A stretch of 19,927 nt of DNA. It comes from an uncultured Oscillatoriales cyanobacterium (GTDB lineage: Bacteria; Cyanobacteriota; Cyanobacteriia; Cyanobacteriales; Microcoleaceae). The stretch spans positions 71,738 through 91,664 of the forward strand of contig CAITND010000151.1 in the NCBI GenBank assembly GCA_903893625.1, in the 5' to 3' direction. A model generated the notes under the pieces. The model had not been told where the DNA came from. It saw only the letters and a program-made list of their open reading frames with translations, and did no database searches. The position numbers and the translations under genes are program-made. Positions 1-10,523 of this stretch are shown here, piece by piece. Numbering within the stretch: position 1 is the stretch's first letter; every line of letters starts with the position of its first letter.

Positions 1-854
1 ACCGCACCTCCCATGATTAATAAATAAGGACTAAAAGCCAATAACCATAACATTAATCCTACTAATAACCAGGTTAATTCTCCCATTGCATGAGTCGCCA
101 TTCCCCAGGTTTCTTGTACTCTTAACCCCAAATTTTCTTGAGTGGGAGCAGCAGAAACTACCGATTCAATATTTAAAGTAATCGTAGAATAAGCCACTTG
201 ATTTTGTAAACTTCTTAACTGAGCATCAATACGTTCAATTGATTCTCGAATCGTACTCAGTTCATTAGCCGCTTTGAGAACATCCCCAACGGAACCGGAA
301 CGTTCCATAATTTTTAAGACCATTTCTTCCGATTTGCGTAAATTTCGCAGTCGAGCTTGAAAATCTACTAATTGATCAGAAACATCCTCGGCTGTAATCA
401 TTTGATTTTCTACTGTTCCCAATTTGGCTAAGGAATTTAATGTTGTTTCTAATCGTTTTTGGGGAACTCTAAACTCTAAATAAGCGGTTTGACGCTGACT
501 ATTATCTGGGGATTTTTGAGCTTCAAATTTTAAAATATCTCCTTGTTGTTTCCGTATAATTTCAGTAATGGATTCTGTGGTTTGATGAATGGACTGCACC
601 ACTAACGTCAACTGAGCGCGTTTAATTAATTGGGATTGTTTTGTAGGTTCTGGGGTCGTTTGTTCCGGTGCAGAAGCATCCATTTGCAGGCTTTCTGCGG
701 CAGGGACAGGCGCGTTAGCCGGGGAACTCATGACTTTTGCAGAATTACTTTCATTGAGAGAACTGCAACTGAATAAGGCGAAAGTTGATACAATTAATCC
801 CAGGCAAAATCCTAGCTTTGATGCGGTCTGAGTCCGAATTTGATCACTATTCAT
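1..854 (-). CDS. DUF4349-family lipoprotein-like protein, partial (C-terminus lies beyond the window start)
   Basis: Reverse-strand ORF starting at the ATG complementary to 852-854 and open to position 1. It was missed by the ORF track because there is no stop in the window. Translation: MNSDQIRTQTASKLGFCLGLIVSTFALFSCSS... (signal peptide with a lipobox-like LFSC), then ...AEDVSDQLVDFQARLRNLRKSEEMVLKIMERSGSVGDVLKAANELSTIRESIERIDAQLRSLQNQVAYSTITLNIES.... This matches the conserved core I recall for DUF4349 (DVT..YvD..aRLrNLra.e..L..Ll.kA..v.dlL.vE.EL..vR.eIE...aql..L...v..STI.v.l). The C-terminal hydrophobic stretch (LTWLLVGLMLWLLAFSPYLLIMGG) also fits. Confidence 0.6.
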   Translation of the reverse strand, partial: MNSDQIRTQTASKLGFCLGLIVSTFALFSCSSLNESNSAKVMSSPANAPVPAAESLQMDASAPEQTTPEPTKQSQLIKRAQLTLVVQSIHQTTESITEIIRKQQGDILKFEAQKSPDNSQRQTAYLEFRVPQKRLETTLNSLAKLGTVENQMITAEDVSDQLVDFQARLRNLRKSEEMVLKIMERSGSVGDVLKAANELSTIRESIERIDAQLRSLQNQVAYSTITLNIESVVSAAPTQENLGLRVQETWGMATHAMGELTWLLVGLMLWLLAFSPYLLIMGGA

Positions 855-968
855 AGTAGAACCTTTTCAAAAAAATACTCTTAGATCCCTGAAATATGCT
901 TTTAAAATTTCCTGTACCCTGATAAAATTTGGATTGATATCCTCATAAAAACACCCCTAACGTAACCG

Positions 969-3422
969 TTGATTTTTCATGATCCCTTTAATATTGAGCC
1001 TAAAATGACAGACGATTTTGATCTCGATCCAGTTTCCTCCCTCCATTCTATACCAACCCCAGAAGCGGAATCGGTTGTTTCTGAGGTGACAACGAATTCT
1101 TTAGAAAATATTGAGCAAATTCAAGCATTTCGAGCGCAAAAAATAAAAGAAATTTATCAAAGTTTACGTCCGGGTCAACAACAAATGGCAGACTGGAATG
1201 GGGGGCCATTAGCCATTTCTGCCGTTCCAGGTGCCGGGAAATCAACGGGAATGGCTTTTGCAGCCGCTTTAGCAATCGCTCGGTATCCCCTGCATTCTCA
1301 TCATCAATTAGTTATTGTTACATTTACCCGTTCAGCCGCCGCAAATATTCGCGCTAAAGTCAGTGAACAACTCAAAGCCATGCGATTACCATTAGGAGGA
1401 TTTGTTGTTCATACTTTGCATGGTTTAGCCTTGAATATTGCCTTAAAACATCCTGAATTATCGGGATTAAATTTAGATGATTTTACTTTAATTTTACCTA
1501 CTCCCAGTAATCGAATTACTCGCACCTGTGTTGAGCAGTGGATTGCTGCTAATCCTCGCCATTATCAACGGTTAATTGAAGGGGTTCAATTTGATGGAGA
1601 AGAAACAGAACGGTTAAGGCGACAATCGGTTTTACGGACAGAAGTTTTACCGAATTTAGCTTGGAAAGTGATTCAAGAAGCCAAAAGTTCAGGACTGCAA
1701 CCGGAAGATTTAAACCGAATTTCTGAACAAATTCCTGATGATTATGAGATTTTAAAAATAGCAGGGGGATTATATGAAAATTATCAAATTTTATTGCGAT
1801 CGCAGAATTTAATTGATTATGACGAAATGATTTTAGCTGCATTGCGAGTCTTAGAAAATCCAACAATTCGTCAAGTGTGGCAAAATCAATTCTTTGCTGT
1901 GTTTGAAGATGAAGCTCAAGATTCTACCCCTCTACAAAGTAAACTCTTGAGAATTTTAGCCCGTTCTTATGAATCAATTACTGATGATTTAGATACTTTA
2001 AATTTAGTTCGAGTCGGTGATCCCAATCAAGCGATTAACTCAACATTTACTCCGGCTGATCCGATTTATTTTCGTCGTTTTTGTAATGATTGTGAACAAT
2101 TAAAACGGTTAGCTACAATGGATCAGGCAGGACGAAGTAGTCGGATTATTATTGATGCAGCTAACTATATGTTATCCTGGGTAAATCGATCAAAATTAGC
2201 CGGAAATGAACAACCTTTTCGAGAGCAAATGATTCATTTAGTGGGATTTAATGACCAGCAATCAAATGCCAATCCTCCCGCATATAGTCGAGGTTTAGAA
2301 CTCTGTGAACCTGCGGATATTTATCAAACCGTTGAGTGGATTGTGGAACGGATTGTGACGATTCTTCAAGATGATCCAAAAGGGAAATTTGCTATTTTAC
2401 TTCGAGAAAATAAACAAGGAGAGTTTATTTCTAGCGTTTTGACTAATCCCCAATTGTATAATATTAAAATTCCTGAAGAATTTAAAACTAAAATTCGGAT
2501 TTATGATGCTTCCCAACAGGCGCGAAATTCTAAAATTCCAGCAGAAATTTTATCTTTATTACAATTTTTAGATCGTCCCCATTCACCGGATTATTTAAAA
2601 TTGGCGTTAAAAGTTTTAGGCGATCGCAATTTAATTCCTAATTTGGATTATAATAAAATTGCGATTCATCCTGAAGAATTTCTGTATCCTGGCCCCCTTG
2701 ATCCGCCACAATCGGAAGAAATTCGGAAATGTCGTTATTTTTGTTGTCAATTATTGCAAGCGCGTTTAGAACTTCCTCCCTATCAATTGATCTCCTTTTT
2801 AGCGTTATCCTTGGATTATGAAAGAACGGAATTAGCAACGGCTGATAAATTAGCAGAACGCATTGCTAAAAACACCTCTGGTAACCATTCAATGGGAACA
2901 ATTTTAGACGTTTTAAACGATATTGTTAGTTCTGAACGGTTTGAACCCGTTGATATTGATGATGAAGAAACCTCTAAAGAAAGTCCCTACACCCGTGAAG
3001 GTCAATTAACTCTAATTACCATGCACAAAGCCAAAGGATTAGATTGGGATTATGTGTTTCTTCCCTTTTTACAAGAGTCTACAATTCCCGGTAGTTTACG
3101 AGTTTTATCCCAAACAAAATTTCTAGGAGAATTAACCCTTTCTGAAGTCGCCCGCGCTCAAATTCGAGCCGCATCTCATGGACAAGAATTGATTCCCGAT
3201 GTCGTTACCGCTTGGGAACAAGCTAAGGATTTAAAAACCGCAGAAGAATATCGGTTACTCTATGTCGCTATAACGAGAGCTAAACGTTTTTTATGGATGT
3301 CTGCATCTCGTTTTTCTCCCTATAGTTGGCATAAACCCGAAAATCAGCAAGAACAAAAAGCCTGTCCAGTTTTTATTGCTTTAAAACAACAATTTCCTCA
3401 ACATTTTTTAGAGAAATTTTAA
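969..3422 (+). CDS. UvrD/REP/PcrA-family (superfamily 1) ATP-dependent DNA helicase
   Basis: Walker A in [12 protein letters not shown]. Motif Ia-like [14 protein letters not shown]. Motif [12 protein letters not shown]. Motif [15 protein letters not shown]. UvrD C-terminal domain motifs [22 protein letters not shown] and [18 protein letters not shown]. The N-terminus has a ~70-aa extension before the helicase core. An alternative start at M13 (nt 1005) is possible. Confidence 0.85.
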   Translation: MIFHDPFNIEPKMTDDFDLDPVSSLHSIPTPEAESVVSEVTTNSLENIEQIQAFRAQKIKEIYQSLRPGQQQMADWNGGPLAISAVPGAGKSTGMAFAAALAIARYPLHSHHQLVIVTFTRSAAANIRAKVSEQLKAMRLPLGGFVVHTLHGLALNIALKHPELSGLNLDDFTLILPTPSNRITRTCVEQWIAANPRHYQRLIEGVQFDGEETERLRRQSVLRTEVLPNLAWKVIQEAKSSGLQPEDLNRISEQIPDDYEILKIAGGLYENYQILLRSQNLIDYDEMILAALRVLENPTIRQVWQNQFFAVFEDEAQDSTPLQSKLLRILARSYESITDDLDTLNLVRVGDPNQAINSTFTPADPIYFRRFCNDCEQLKRLATMDQAGRSSRIIIDAANYMLSWVNRSKLAGNEQPFREQMIHLVGFNDQQSNANPPAYSRGLELCEPADIYQTVEWIVERIVTILQDDPKGKFAILLRENKQGEFISSVLTNPQLYNIKIPEEFKTKIRIYDASQQARNSKIPAEILSLLQFLDRPHSPDYLKLALKVLGDRNLIPNLDYNKIAIHPEEFLYPGPLDPPQSEEIRKCRYFCCQLLQARLELPPYQLISFLALSLDYERTELATADKLAERIAKNTSGNHSMGTILDVLNDIVSSERFEPVDIDDEETSKESPYTREGQLTLITMHKAKGLDWDYVFLPFLQESTIPGSLRVLSQTKFLGELTLSEVARAQIRAASHGQELIPDVVTAWEQAKDLKTAEEYRLLYVAITRAKRFLWMSASRFSPYSWHKPENQQEQKACPVFIALKQQFPQHFLEKF
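1796..1803. repeat. HIP1 octamer GCGATCGC (one of 11 exact copies in the window)
   Basis: Exact GCGATCGC copies at about 1796, 2620, 4379, 6987, 7619, 7878, 10408, 13833, 14882, 15670 and 16758. None occurs between 10416 and 13832 or after 16766. HIP1 over-representation is a cyanobacterial hallmark. Confidence 0.8.
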
Positions 3423-6400
3423 AAAATAGAAGAAATAGTTTGTTCTATTTTGGGTTGAATTTCAGCATCAAATCCAGCAGATTTTAAGGCATCAAGAGTT
3501 GCTTCGGCATTCTGTATCCAGAAGTCACGACCCCAAGAAACCCCTTGATAATTCTGCTTAAATTCTCCTGTCACCTTAGCGACGATGGGAATATTAGCTT
3601 GTTGTTGATTACCAGATGATTGTTCTTTGAGGAGTGCCTGAAGGTTGTGTAAGGTTCGATCATCAACTTGTTGATATTTGATTTGAAGTAGGATCATGAT
3701 TTTAGGCTCCTCTAGAATACTATTAATCGATGAGTTAGACTCCTCTGGAATACTATTAATGGATTTAATTTCATCAACAAGAAGCTGTGTTTTATCTTCT
3801 TGTTTATCTACTTTTCCCACCAGTAAAACGATATTATTGGCAATGAGTAAAGGTTCATTTTCTTTATAAGTTCGAGGAAAAACCACCCCTTCTGCTTGTC
3901 CGCTTAAGTCTTCTAACTGCAAAAAAGCCATCCGTTCATTCTTTTTAGTGGTATGCAGTTTGATTCCACTTAGGATCACCAGAACTTTAACCGATGCTTT
4001 TGCTTTCTTTTCAGAAAGTTGACTGAGAGAAACTACATCGGCAATATTAATAGTTTTGGCAAAGCTTGTTAAGGGATGTTCAGAAACATAAAATCCTAGT
4101 AATTCTTTCTCAAACTGCAACTTTTCTTTAATTGAAAAATCTTCGACTTTAGGAGGTTTGGGCGCGTCTTCATGGGTTGTTTTTATATTAGTTTCTCCTC
4201 CTAAAATGTCAAAAATACTTTGTTGACCAATTTCTCGATCTTTCGCTTTATGTTGCGCCCAAGTCATCAATAGTTTAAGATGATCGATCGCTTGCTTACG
4301 GTTGGGGTTAAGTTTATCTAAAGCTCCACATTTAATTAAAGCTTCTAAAGCCCGACTATTAACCATTTGTAAATTTATGCGATCGCATAAATCGGGAAAA
4401 CTCTTAAATTCTCCTCCTTCTTGACGCACGGCTAATAAATGTTCTATAGCACCTTCTCCCACATTTTTAATTGCAGAAAGTCCGAAAATAATACTCTGAT
4501 CTGAGGGGGTAAAATCCATACCCGAAAGATTAATATCTGGGGGGATCACCTTAATTCCCAAAGATTTTTGACAAGATTCAATATATTTTTGGATCTTATC
4601 CGTATCCCCACTATTTGCACTTAATAAAGCCGCCATATATTCAACTGGATAATTTGCTTTTAAATAAGCAGTTTCATAGGTGACATAAGCATAGGCCATT
4701 GAATGGGATTTGTTAAAGCAATATTCAGCGAATTGAAGCATCTGTTCAAACAATTTTTCAGCGATTTTTTGCTGAACTCCATTTTTAGTGGCCCCATCAA
4801 TAAATGTCTCCCGTTGCTTATTCATTTCTTCCGCTTTTTTCTTCCCCATTGCTCGTCTTAATAAATCCGCTTGACCTAAAGAATAGCCCGCTAAATCTTG
4901 AGCTAATTTCATAATTTGTTCTTGAAAACATAAAATTCCATAGGTTTCTTTTAAAATTGGCTCTAACAGAGGATGGTCATATCTAATTTCATCCCGTCCA
5001 TGTTTACGATCAATAAATTGTGGAATTAAACCCGCATCTAAGGGCCCCGGACGATACAGCGCTAAAATAGAAGAAATATCATCCAAACAGGAAGGCTTGA
5101 GTTTTTTAACAATATCTATCATCCCAGAAGATTCTAACTGAAAGATGCCATCTAAATCGCCTTTTTCTAGTAATTTATAAGTTTTCAGTACATCTTCAGG
5201 TAACTTTTTATGGGTTTTATAGGCATCTTGGGCTTTTCTTTCAATATCAGAAGGCAATTTTTCAGGATCAATTTTATGGCCATATATTTCTTCAATATAA
5301 TTAACTGCTTTTTGAATCATGGTTAAATTTCTTAACCCTAAAAAATCCATTTTTAATAATCCAACCGCCTCTAAATCCTCCATATAATATTGAGTAATAA
5401 CTGCCCCATCATTATTGCGCTGTAGGGGAACAATTTCGTCTAAAGACTGTTTAGAAATCACCACACCCGCCGCATGAACCCCGAAGGTTTTGTTCGTTCC
5501 TTCGATGCGAATTGCCATATCTAGCCATTGTTTAACACTAATGGTATCGACTTCTTCCCCCGCCTCATTATGAACCGGAACATTTTCATTATCATAAGCT
5601 TCTTTGAATTCCGGTGCGGGACTTTGATCGGAAATCATAACTTTTAAACGGGCGGGTTTTCCCCGTGAAACCGGAATTAATTTCGCCATTTGATCGGATT
5701 TTTTATAGGAAATTCCTAATACCCTGGCGACATCTTTTAACACCGCTTTAGAGGTCATACGGTTAAACGTAATAATTTGAGCCACTTTATCCGCTCCATA
5801 TTTTTCGGTGACATATTTAATCATTTCATCTCGTCTTTCAATACAGAAATCCGTATCAATATCAGGCATAGATTTTCGTTCAGGATTTAAAAATCTTTCA
5901 AATAATAAACCATGATAAACTGGATCAATATTGGTAATTTTTAGGGCATAAGCTACTAATGATCCCGCCGCCGAACCTCGTCCTGGCCCGACGGCAATAT
6001 TGTGATCTCTGGCAAATTTAATATAATCCCAAACGACTAAAAAGTAAGTCGAAAACCCCATCTTTTGCATCATTTTGAGTTCATATTCTAAGCGCTCTTT
6101 ATAGATGGGTTTAATCTCGCTTCTGGTTTTGGCATTCATCCGTTCTAATAACCCTTTCCAGGTGACTTCTTCTAAATAAGTATCAGCCGTATGATCAGGG
6201 GGAATGGGATAGTCAGGGATGCGGGGTTCCCCTAAAATACCGGAATAGGGTTCAACTTTATTGGCAACTTCTACCGTATTATTAATCGCTTCTTGAATGA
6301 TATCATCCGATAAATGATCTCGAAATAATTGCGCCATTTCTTCAGCAGATTTTAAATATTCTGTACCGCTATAGCGCATTCGTTTTTCTTCACTAATTAA

Positions 6401-7096
6401 TTTTTGGGTATTAATACAAAGTAAGGCATCATGGGCTTCTACATCATTACAGGAGATAAAATGGGAGTCATTAGTGGCGACAAGTTTAATATTTAATTCT
6501 CGACTAATTTTAACAATTTCAACATTCACCATCCGATCTTCTGGAGAACCATGATCTTGAATTTCTAAATAAAAATCCTCTCCAAATACCCTTTGATACC
6601 ATTGAGCGACTTCCCGCGCCTTCTCGTAGAGTCCTTGTAAAATTGCTTGGGGAATTTCTCCCCCTAAACAAGCACTGGTAACAATTAACCCTTCATGATA
6701 TTGTTCTAATAGTTCTTTATTAATACAGGGACGTGCAAAAATGCCTTTTCCTTGAAACCCTTGCAAGTGTGAAATGGTGGTTAATTTAACTAAGTTTTTA
6801 TAGCCTTGGCTATTTTTAGCTAAGACCACTTGATGATATTTTCTTCGTTTCTTATCCTTCTGATCCTGAACTTTAACATCACCATTAATCACATACATCT
6901 CATTGCCAATAATGGGTTTTATCCCTTTATTTCGGCAAGTTTTAATTAACTCAATTGCCCCATACATAACTCCGTGATCGGTGATAGCGATCGCAGGCAT
7001 TCCTAACTCTAATGCTCGGTCAATTAATTGCGGTAATTGAGATGCACCATCGAGTAAACTATAATCACTATGAATATGTAAACCTACAAAAGACAT
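3419..7096 (-). CDS. dnaE: DNA polymerase III alpha subunit (DnaE), contiguous and intein-free
   Basis: 1225 aa. N-terminal PHP domain [50 protein letters not shown] is canonical DnaE. The polymerase core has [19 protein letters not shown] and [19 protein letters not shown]; the OB-fold C-terminus is present. The 3' end overlaps the helicase gene by 4 nt (convergent). Confidence 0.95.
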   Translation of the reverse strand: MSFVGLHIHSDYSLLDGASQLPQLIDRALELGMPAIAITDHGVMYGAIELIKTCRNKGIKPIIGNEMYVINGDVKVQDQKDKKRRKYHQVVLAKNSQGYKNLVKLTTISHLQGFQGKGIFARPCINKELLEQYHEGLIVTSACLGGEIPQAILQGLYEKAREVAQWYQRVFGEDFYLEIQDHGSPEDRMVNVEIVKISRELNIKLVATNDSHFISCNDVEAHDALLCINTQKLISEEKRMRYSGTEYLKSAEEMAQLFRDHLSDDIIQEAINNTVEVANKVEPYSGILGEPRIPDYPIPPDHTADTYLEEVTWKGLLERMNAKTRSEIKPIYKERLEYELKMMQKMGFSTYFLVVWDYIKFARDHNIAVGPGRGSAAGSLVAYALKITNIDPVYHGLLFERFLNPERKSMPDIDTDFCIERRDEMIKYVTEKYGADKVAQIITFNRMTSKAVLKDVARVLGISYKKSDQMAKLIPVSRGKPARLKVMISDQSPAPEFKEAYDNENVPVHNEAGEEVDTISVKQWLDMAIRIEGTNKTFGVHAAGVVISKQSLDEIVPLQRNNDGAVITQYYMEDLEAVGLLKMDFLGLRNLTMIQKAVNYIEEIYGHKIDPEKLPSDIERKAQDAYKTHKKLPEDVLKTYKLLEKGDLDGIFQLESSGMIDIVKKLKPSCLDDISSILALYRPGPLDAGLIPQFIDRKHGRDEIRYDHPLLEPILKETYGILCFQEQIMKLAQDLAGYSLGQADLLRRAMGKKKAEEMNKQRETFIDGATKNGVQQKIAEKLFEQMLQFAEYCFNKSHSMAYAYVTYETAYLKANYPVEYMAALLSANSGDTDKIQKYIESCQKSLGIKVIPPDINLSGMDFTPSDQSIIFGLSAIKNVGEGAIEHLLAVRQEGGEFKSFPDLCDRINLQMVNSRALEALIKCGALDKLNPNRKQAIDHLKLLMTWAQHKAKDREIGQQSIFDILGGETNIKTTHEDAPKPPKVEDFSIKEKLQFEKELLGFYVSEHPLTSFAKTINIADVVSLSQLSEKKAKASVKVLVILSGIKLHTTKKNERMAFLQLEDLSGQAEGVVFPRTYKENEPLLIANNIVLLVGKVDKQEDKTQLLVDEIKSINSIPEESNSSINSILEEPKIMILLQIKYQQVDDRTLHNLQALLKEQSSGNQQQANIPIVAKVTGEFKQNYQGVSWGRDFWIQNAEATLDALKSAGFDAEIQPKIEQTISSIF

Positions 7097-7142
7097 GGTT
7101 GAGTTCCTTAGTTAAATTAAACTTAAAATTAATTGAGATAAA
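7097..7142. promoter_or_regulatory. Very short (46 bp) divergent intergenic region between dnaE and menD start codons
   Basis: The dnaE start is the complement of 7094-7096, with AAGGA 11 nt upstream on the minus strand. The menD ATG is at 7143. The spacer is 46 bp and AT-rich (TAAATTAAACTTAAAATTAATTGAGATAAA). Two promoters would have to overlap here, or be located inside the neighbouring coding regions. Confidence 0.35.
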
Positions 7143-8906
7143 ATGATTGACTTCCGTAATACTAACACAGTTTGGGCTTCTGTATTGGTGGAAACTTTAG
7201 CCAAATTAGGATTAAAAACTGCCATTCTTTGTCCCGGTTCCCGTTCTACCCCTTTAACAATTGCTTTTGCTCAACATTCTAGCATTGAAACCATCCCAAT
7301 TTTAGATGAACGTTCCGCTTCTTTTTTTGCTTTGGGAATTGCTAAAAAATCGGGTTTACCGACGGTTTTAGTTTGTACTTCAGGAACCGCAGGAGCTAAT
7401 TTTTATCCCGCTATTATAGAAGCCAAAGAAAGCCGAGTTACTCTATTAATTTTAACCGCAGATCGCCCCCCTGAATTAAGAGATTGTCATGCTGGACAAA
7501 CCATTGATCAGCTTAAATTATATGGGAATTATCCTAACTTTCAAACCGAATTAAGCATCCCTAGTTTGGATTTAGGATTGTTAGGTTATTTGCGACAAAC
7601 ATTAATTTATGCTTGGGAGCGATCGCAACTTCCTATTCCCGGTGTTGTCCATCTTAATATTCCCTTTCGTGATCCTTTACATCCCGTTTATCAACCGGAA
7701 GTAGAAGATTTAAAAGCCGTATTTCCTGATGATTTTTTCCAAAAAATTAATCCTGTAAAAACTTCAATTTTTTCTGGTTTTGATCTTTATGATTATTTTA
7801 AACAGTGGTATAATTATTCTCAAGGAATTATTATTGCGGGTGTAGCTCAACCTCAAAATTCCGAGGGTTATTGTCAAGCGATCGCCCAACTTGCTAAACA
7901 ATTAAATTATCCCGTCTTAGCAGAGGGATTATCTCCCGTTAGGAATTATTCTAACCTTAATCCCTATTTGATCTCAACCTATAATTTAATCCTGAGAAAT
8001 TCAACCTTAGCCGAAAAACTCGCCCCTCAAATTGTGATTCAAATTGGAGATTTACCCACCAGCAAAACCCTCAGAAACTGGTTAGAACAACTACAACCAG
8101 ATTATTTTATTCTTGACCCAACCTATCAAAATTTAGATGGGTTACATGGAAAAACAACCCATTTGAGGATATCTATCGAACAGCTATCAGAACAAATTCA
8201 TCAGAGAAAAAATCCACAACCTCTTAACTCAACTCAATCTGAATTATATTGTCATCTTTGGTGTAAATTAGAAGCGCAAGCGAGAACCGCTATTGACCAA
8301 AAATTAGAACCCATTAATCTATTAATAGAACCTAAAATTGCTGGGTTACTCTCCCAAATTTTGCCTAAAAATACACCGATTTTTATTGCTAATAGTATGC
8401 CCGTGAGAGATGTAGAATTTTTTTGGAGTCCGAATACATTAAATATTCAACCTTTTTTTAATCGAGGTGCAAATGGTATCGATGGAACCTTATCCACTGC
8501 ATTAGGAATTGCCCATCATCAACAAAGTAGTATTTTATTAACAGGAGATTTAGCATTACTTCATGATACAAATGGATTTTTAATTAGGAATAAATTTATC
8601 GGACATTTAACAATTATTTTAATTAATAATAATGGAGGTGGAATTTTTGAAATGTTACCCATTTCTCAATTTGATCCTCCTTTTGAGGACTATTTTGCTA
8701 CCCCTCAAAATATTAACTTTGCTCAATTAGCGACAACTTATAATATTGAGTATGAACAAATTCAATCTTGGGAACAGTTAAAACAACGATTAAATCCCCT
8801 TCCTGAGCAAGGAATTAGGATTTTAGAAATTCCAACAAATCGCAAAATTGATGCAAAATGGAGGCAAAAATATCTACAGCAATTCGCCAATCAACTAAAA
8901 TTATAG
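7143..8906 (+). CDS. menD: 2-succinyl-5-enolpyruvyl-6-hydroxy-3-cyclohexene-1-carboxylate (SEPHCHC) synthase MenD, ThDP-dependent (phylloquinone pathway)
   Basis: 587 aa. N-terminus NTVWASVLVETLAKLGLKTAILCPGSRSTPLTIAF. Then TSGTAGANFYPAIIEAKESRVTLLILTADRPPELRDCHAGQTIDQ. C-terminal ThDP-binding region GDLALLHDTNGF...LINNNGGGIF. This is the typical MenD architecture and length. Confidence 0.9.
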   Translation: MIDFRNTNTVWASVLVETLAKLGLKTAILCPGSRSTPLTIAFAQHSSIETIPILDERSASFFALGIAKKSGLPTVLVCTSGTAGANFYPAIIEAKESRVTLLILTADRPPELRDCHAGQTIDQLKLYGNYPNFQTELSIPSLDLGLLGYLRQTLIYAWERSQLPIPGVVHLNIPFRDPLHPVYQPEVEDLKAVFPDDFFQKINPVKTSIFSGFDLYDYFKQWYNYSQGIIIAGVAQPQNSEGYCQAIAQLAKQLNYPVLAEGLSPVRNYSNLNPYLISTYNLILRNSTLAEKLAPQIVIQIGDLPTSKTLRNWLEQLQPDYFILDPTYQNLDGLHGKTTHLRISIEQLSEQIHQRKNPQPLNSTQSELYCHLWCKLEAQARTAIDQKLEPINLLIEPKIAGLLSQILPKNTPIFIANSMPVRDVEFFWSPNTLNIQPFFNRGANGIDGTLSTALGIAHHQQSSILLTGDLALLHDTNGFLIRNKFIGHLTIILINNNGGGIFEMLPISQFDPPFEDYFATPQNINFAQLATTYNIEYEQIQSWEQLKQRLNPLPEQGIRILEIPTNRKIDAKWRQKYLQQFANQLKL

Positions 8907-10267
8907 AAACCGGGTTTCTGAAGTTGCCAAACTCTCCGACGTTTTTGACCTGTTGGAATTGAGGGAAATTGATCAAGAAATACAATTTCAGGGATATGAC
9001 AGTGGAGACGTTCAAAAAGCGATTTTAGCGATTTAATAACCCCTTCTTGAATCATATCTTTTTCGCCATTTCTAACTTTCAAAGCAACTTCTATCCGATT
9101 TAAACTTAACTGCATCACTTGATAATCCTCAATATCCGCAGAAACCATAACAATTGCTCTGCGAATAAAATCAGGAAAAATTGTCACCCATTCACCATGA
9201 CTAGATTGATGAGGGAGATAAAAAATATCATCCTGTCGTCCTTCTATCTGTTCAATAGCCATTAACACTGACCCACACTGACATGGTGTTTTACGCTCTA
9301 CTAAAATATCATTCAGTTTATAACGGATAATCGGTTGCGTTGTTCGTCTAAAATCGGTTATAATCGGCATAAATCTGAATTTATCTTCATCTAAATATTC
9401 TTTTTGAATTACAACACTATCCTCATTGAGATGTAAGGTTCCATAATCACAGGTATAACCCAAAAATCCTTCTGTACATTGATAAACTTGATGAATAATT
9501 TGATTAAAAACTCCGCTAATATAATCTGCATCTAAAGGATCAAGCACTTCAGCAACGGAAACTATTTTTTTTGGTGATATCTTTAAAGTCCCTTGTGCTT
9601 GAGATTCCGCTAATAATCGTAATAAAGAAGCAGGAGCGACTAAAATTGTGGGTTGATACTGATTTAATCGTTGAATATGATTCGTTATTGGTTCTAATAA
9701 ATCAAAAAAATTAAACTGCAAACGCCGACTTTTTACCGTTTCATATAATCGACTATTTGCCCTTAGAAAAAATGCAATTTTCTCAGGAAATAAAATAAAA
9801 TTAGGTAATAATTTGGCTAAAATTGTTCCAGCCCAAATCCATTCTTCTTGAGGACTAACTAAAAATAACCCTCGATTTCCACTCGTTCCCGTCGATAGTC
9901 CAACGGTATATCCGCGTAAATTAGAGCTAAAATCTCGCGTTTGTTCAGCTTTCAATGCAATTTCAAAAGCTTCTGAGGCTGAAATTTTAACGGTATTAAG
10001 TTGATCAAAATTTTCCATCATTTTCGCTTTATCAATAATTGGAAAATTTTGCCAATCTTGAATTTCTAAACCTTGATAATACTGTTGATAAAAGGGAGAT
10101 CGAGGCAAAATCTTATTTAAAAAGTTTTGAACCTGTTGATTTTGCCATTTTAATAACTGTTCTCGACTATTGAAATGTCTAAAATATTTTGTTTTTAAAT
10201 AGTGATTAAGAATGATTAATGTACGTTTCATTTTAATAATATACCTCGTAGGCTGTGTTTTACTCAC
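8891..10267 (-). CDS. Adenylate-forming enzyme, PaaK / coenzyme F390 synthetase / CapK / GH3-like superfamily (function unknown)
   Basis: 458 aa. Phosphate-binding loop YTVGLSTGTSGNRGLFLVS resembles the SSGTTGKP motif of PaaK/F390-synthetase-like enzymes. It does not fit the ANL (MenE) A3 signature. The likely true start is M13 (MKRTLIILNHYL..., around nt 10231). The 3' end overlaps menD by 16 nt (convergent). Confidence 0.55.
   Translation of the reverse strand: MSKTQPTRYIIKMKRTLIILNHYLKTKYFRHFNSREQLLKWQNQQVQNFLNKILPRSPFYQQYYQGLEIQDWQNFPIIDKAKMMENFDQLNTVKISASEAFEIALKAEQTRDFSSNLRGYTVGLSTGTSGNRGLFLVSPQEEWIWAGTILAKLLPNFILFPEKIAFFLRANSRLYETVKSRRLQFNFFDLLEPITNHIQRLNQYQPTILVAPASLLRLLAESQAQGTLKISPKKIVSVAEVLDPLDADYISGVFNQIIHQVYQCTEGFLGYTCDYGTLHLNEDSVVIQKEYLDEDKFRFMPIITDFRRTTQPIIRYKLNDILVERKTPCQCGSVLMAIEQIEGRQDDIFYLPHQSSHGEWVTIFPDFIRRAIVMVSADIEDYQVMQLSLNRIEVALKVRNGEKDMIQEGVIKSLKSLFERLHCHIPEIVFLDQFPSIPTGQKRRRVWQLQKPGFYNFS
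8904..8925. repeat. Palindromic short repeat copy 1: TAGAAACCGGGTTTCTGAAGTT (core AGAAACC-G-GGTTTCT)
   Basis: 15-nt palindrome with 7-nt arms. It overlaps the menD stop codon (TAG 8904-8906) and the 3' end of the convergent adenylate-forming enzyme gene. A 22-of-24-nt near-identical copy lies at 15377-15398. Confidence 0.6.
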
Positions 10268-10523
10268 CTAGAACTCTGTTGTATTAAATAATGTTGCTGG
10301 TGCGTGGACTATGCTTATGTAGCTTACAATAATTACATCTTAATTTGCGTAAATTTACGGTTTCTTTTTATGATTTTATCCGCTATTCTAAAATTTAGTA
10401 AGTTTGAGCGATCGCTCCTTATGAACTATTGATCAATATCCTTACCTGCTTTTTTTCTATATCACCTTCTCTCTATCCTGTTTTCCATTTACCTCTAATA
10501 AAAATAACTTCAACTTCGTTCCT

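Noticed and set aside
1048-2838. Minus-strand ORFs 1048..1275, 1549..1866 and 2638..2838 inside the helicase gene. Similar antisense ORFs lie elsewhere: 8815..9015, 14116..14340 and 15716..15919.
   Set aside because: All lie wholly antisense within long, well-supported genes. They have low-complexity or hydrophobic translations with no motifs. They are typical spurious ORFs in AT-rich DNA.
3419-7096. Split dnaE with a trans-splicing intein, as in many cyanobacteria
   Set aside because: The ORF is continuous over 1225 aa through the AEY|CFNKSHS junction. There is no intein N- or C-terminal block motif and no frame break.
8891-10267. Annotating the adenylate-forming enzyme next to menD as MenE
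   Set aside because: The phosphate-binding motif STGTSGNRG does not satisfy the ANL signature ([ST]-G-[ST]-[TS]-G-x-P-K). It resembles the PaaK/F390-synthetase/GH3 group instead.
10348-10359. Perfect 12-bp palindrome CGTAAATTTACG in the intergenic region upstream of the membrane-protein gene. TTGCGTAAATTT also occurs at ~333-344.
   Set aside because: About 5 perfect 12-bp palindromes, and around a dozen shared 12-mers, are expected by chance in 20 kb of AT-rich DNA. Without conservation data this is not distinguishable from noise.
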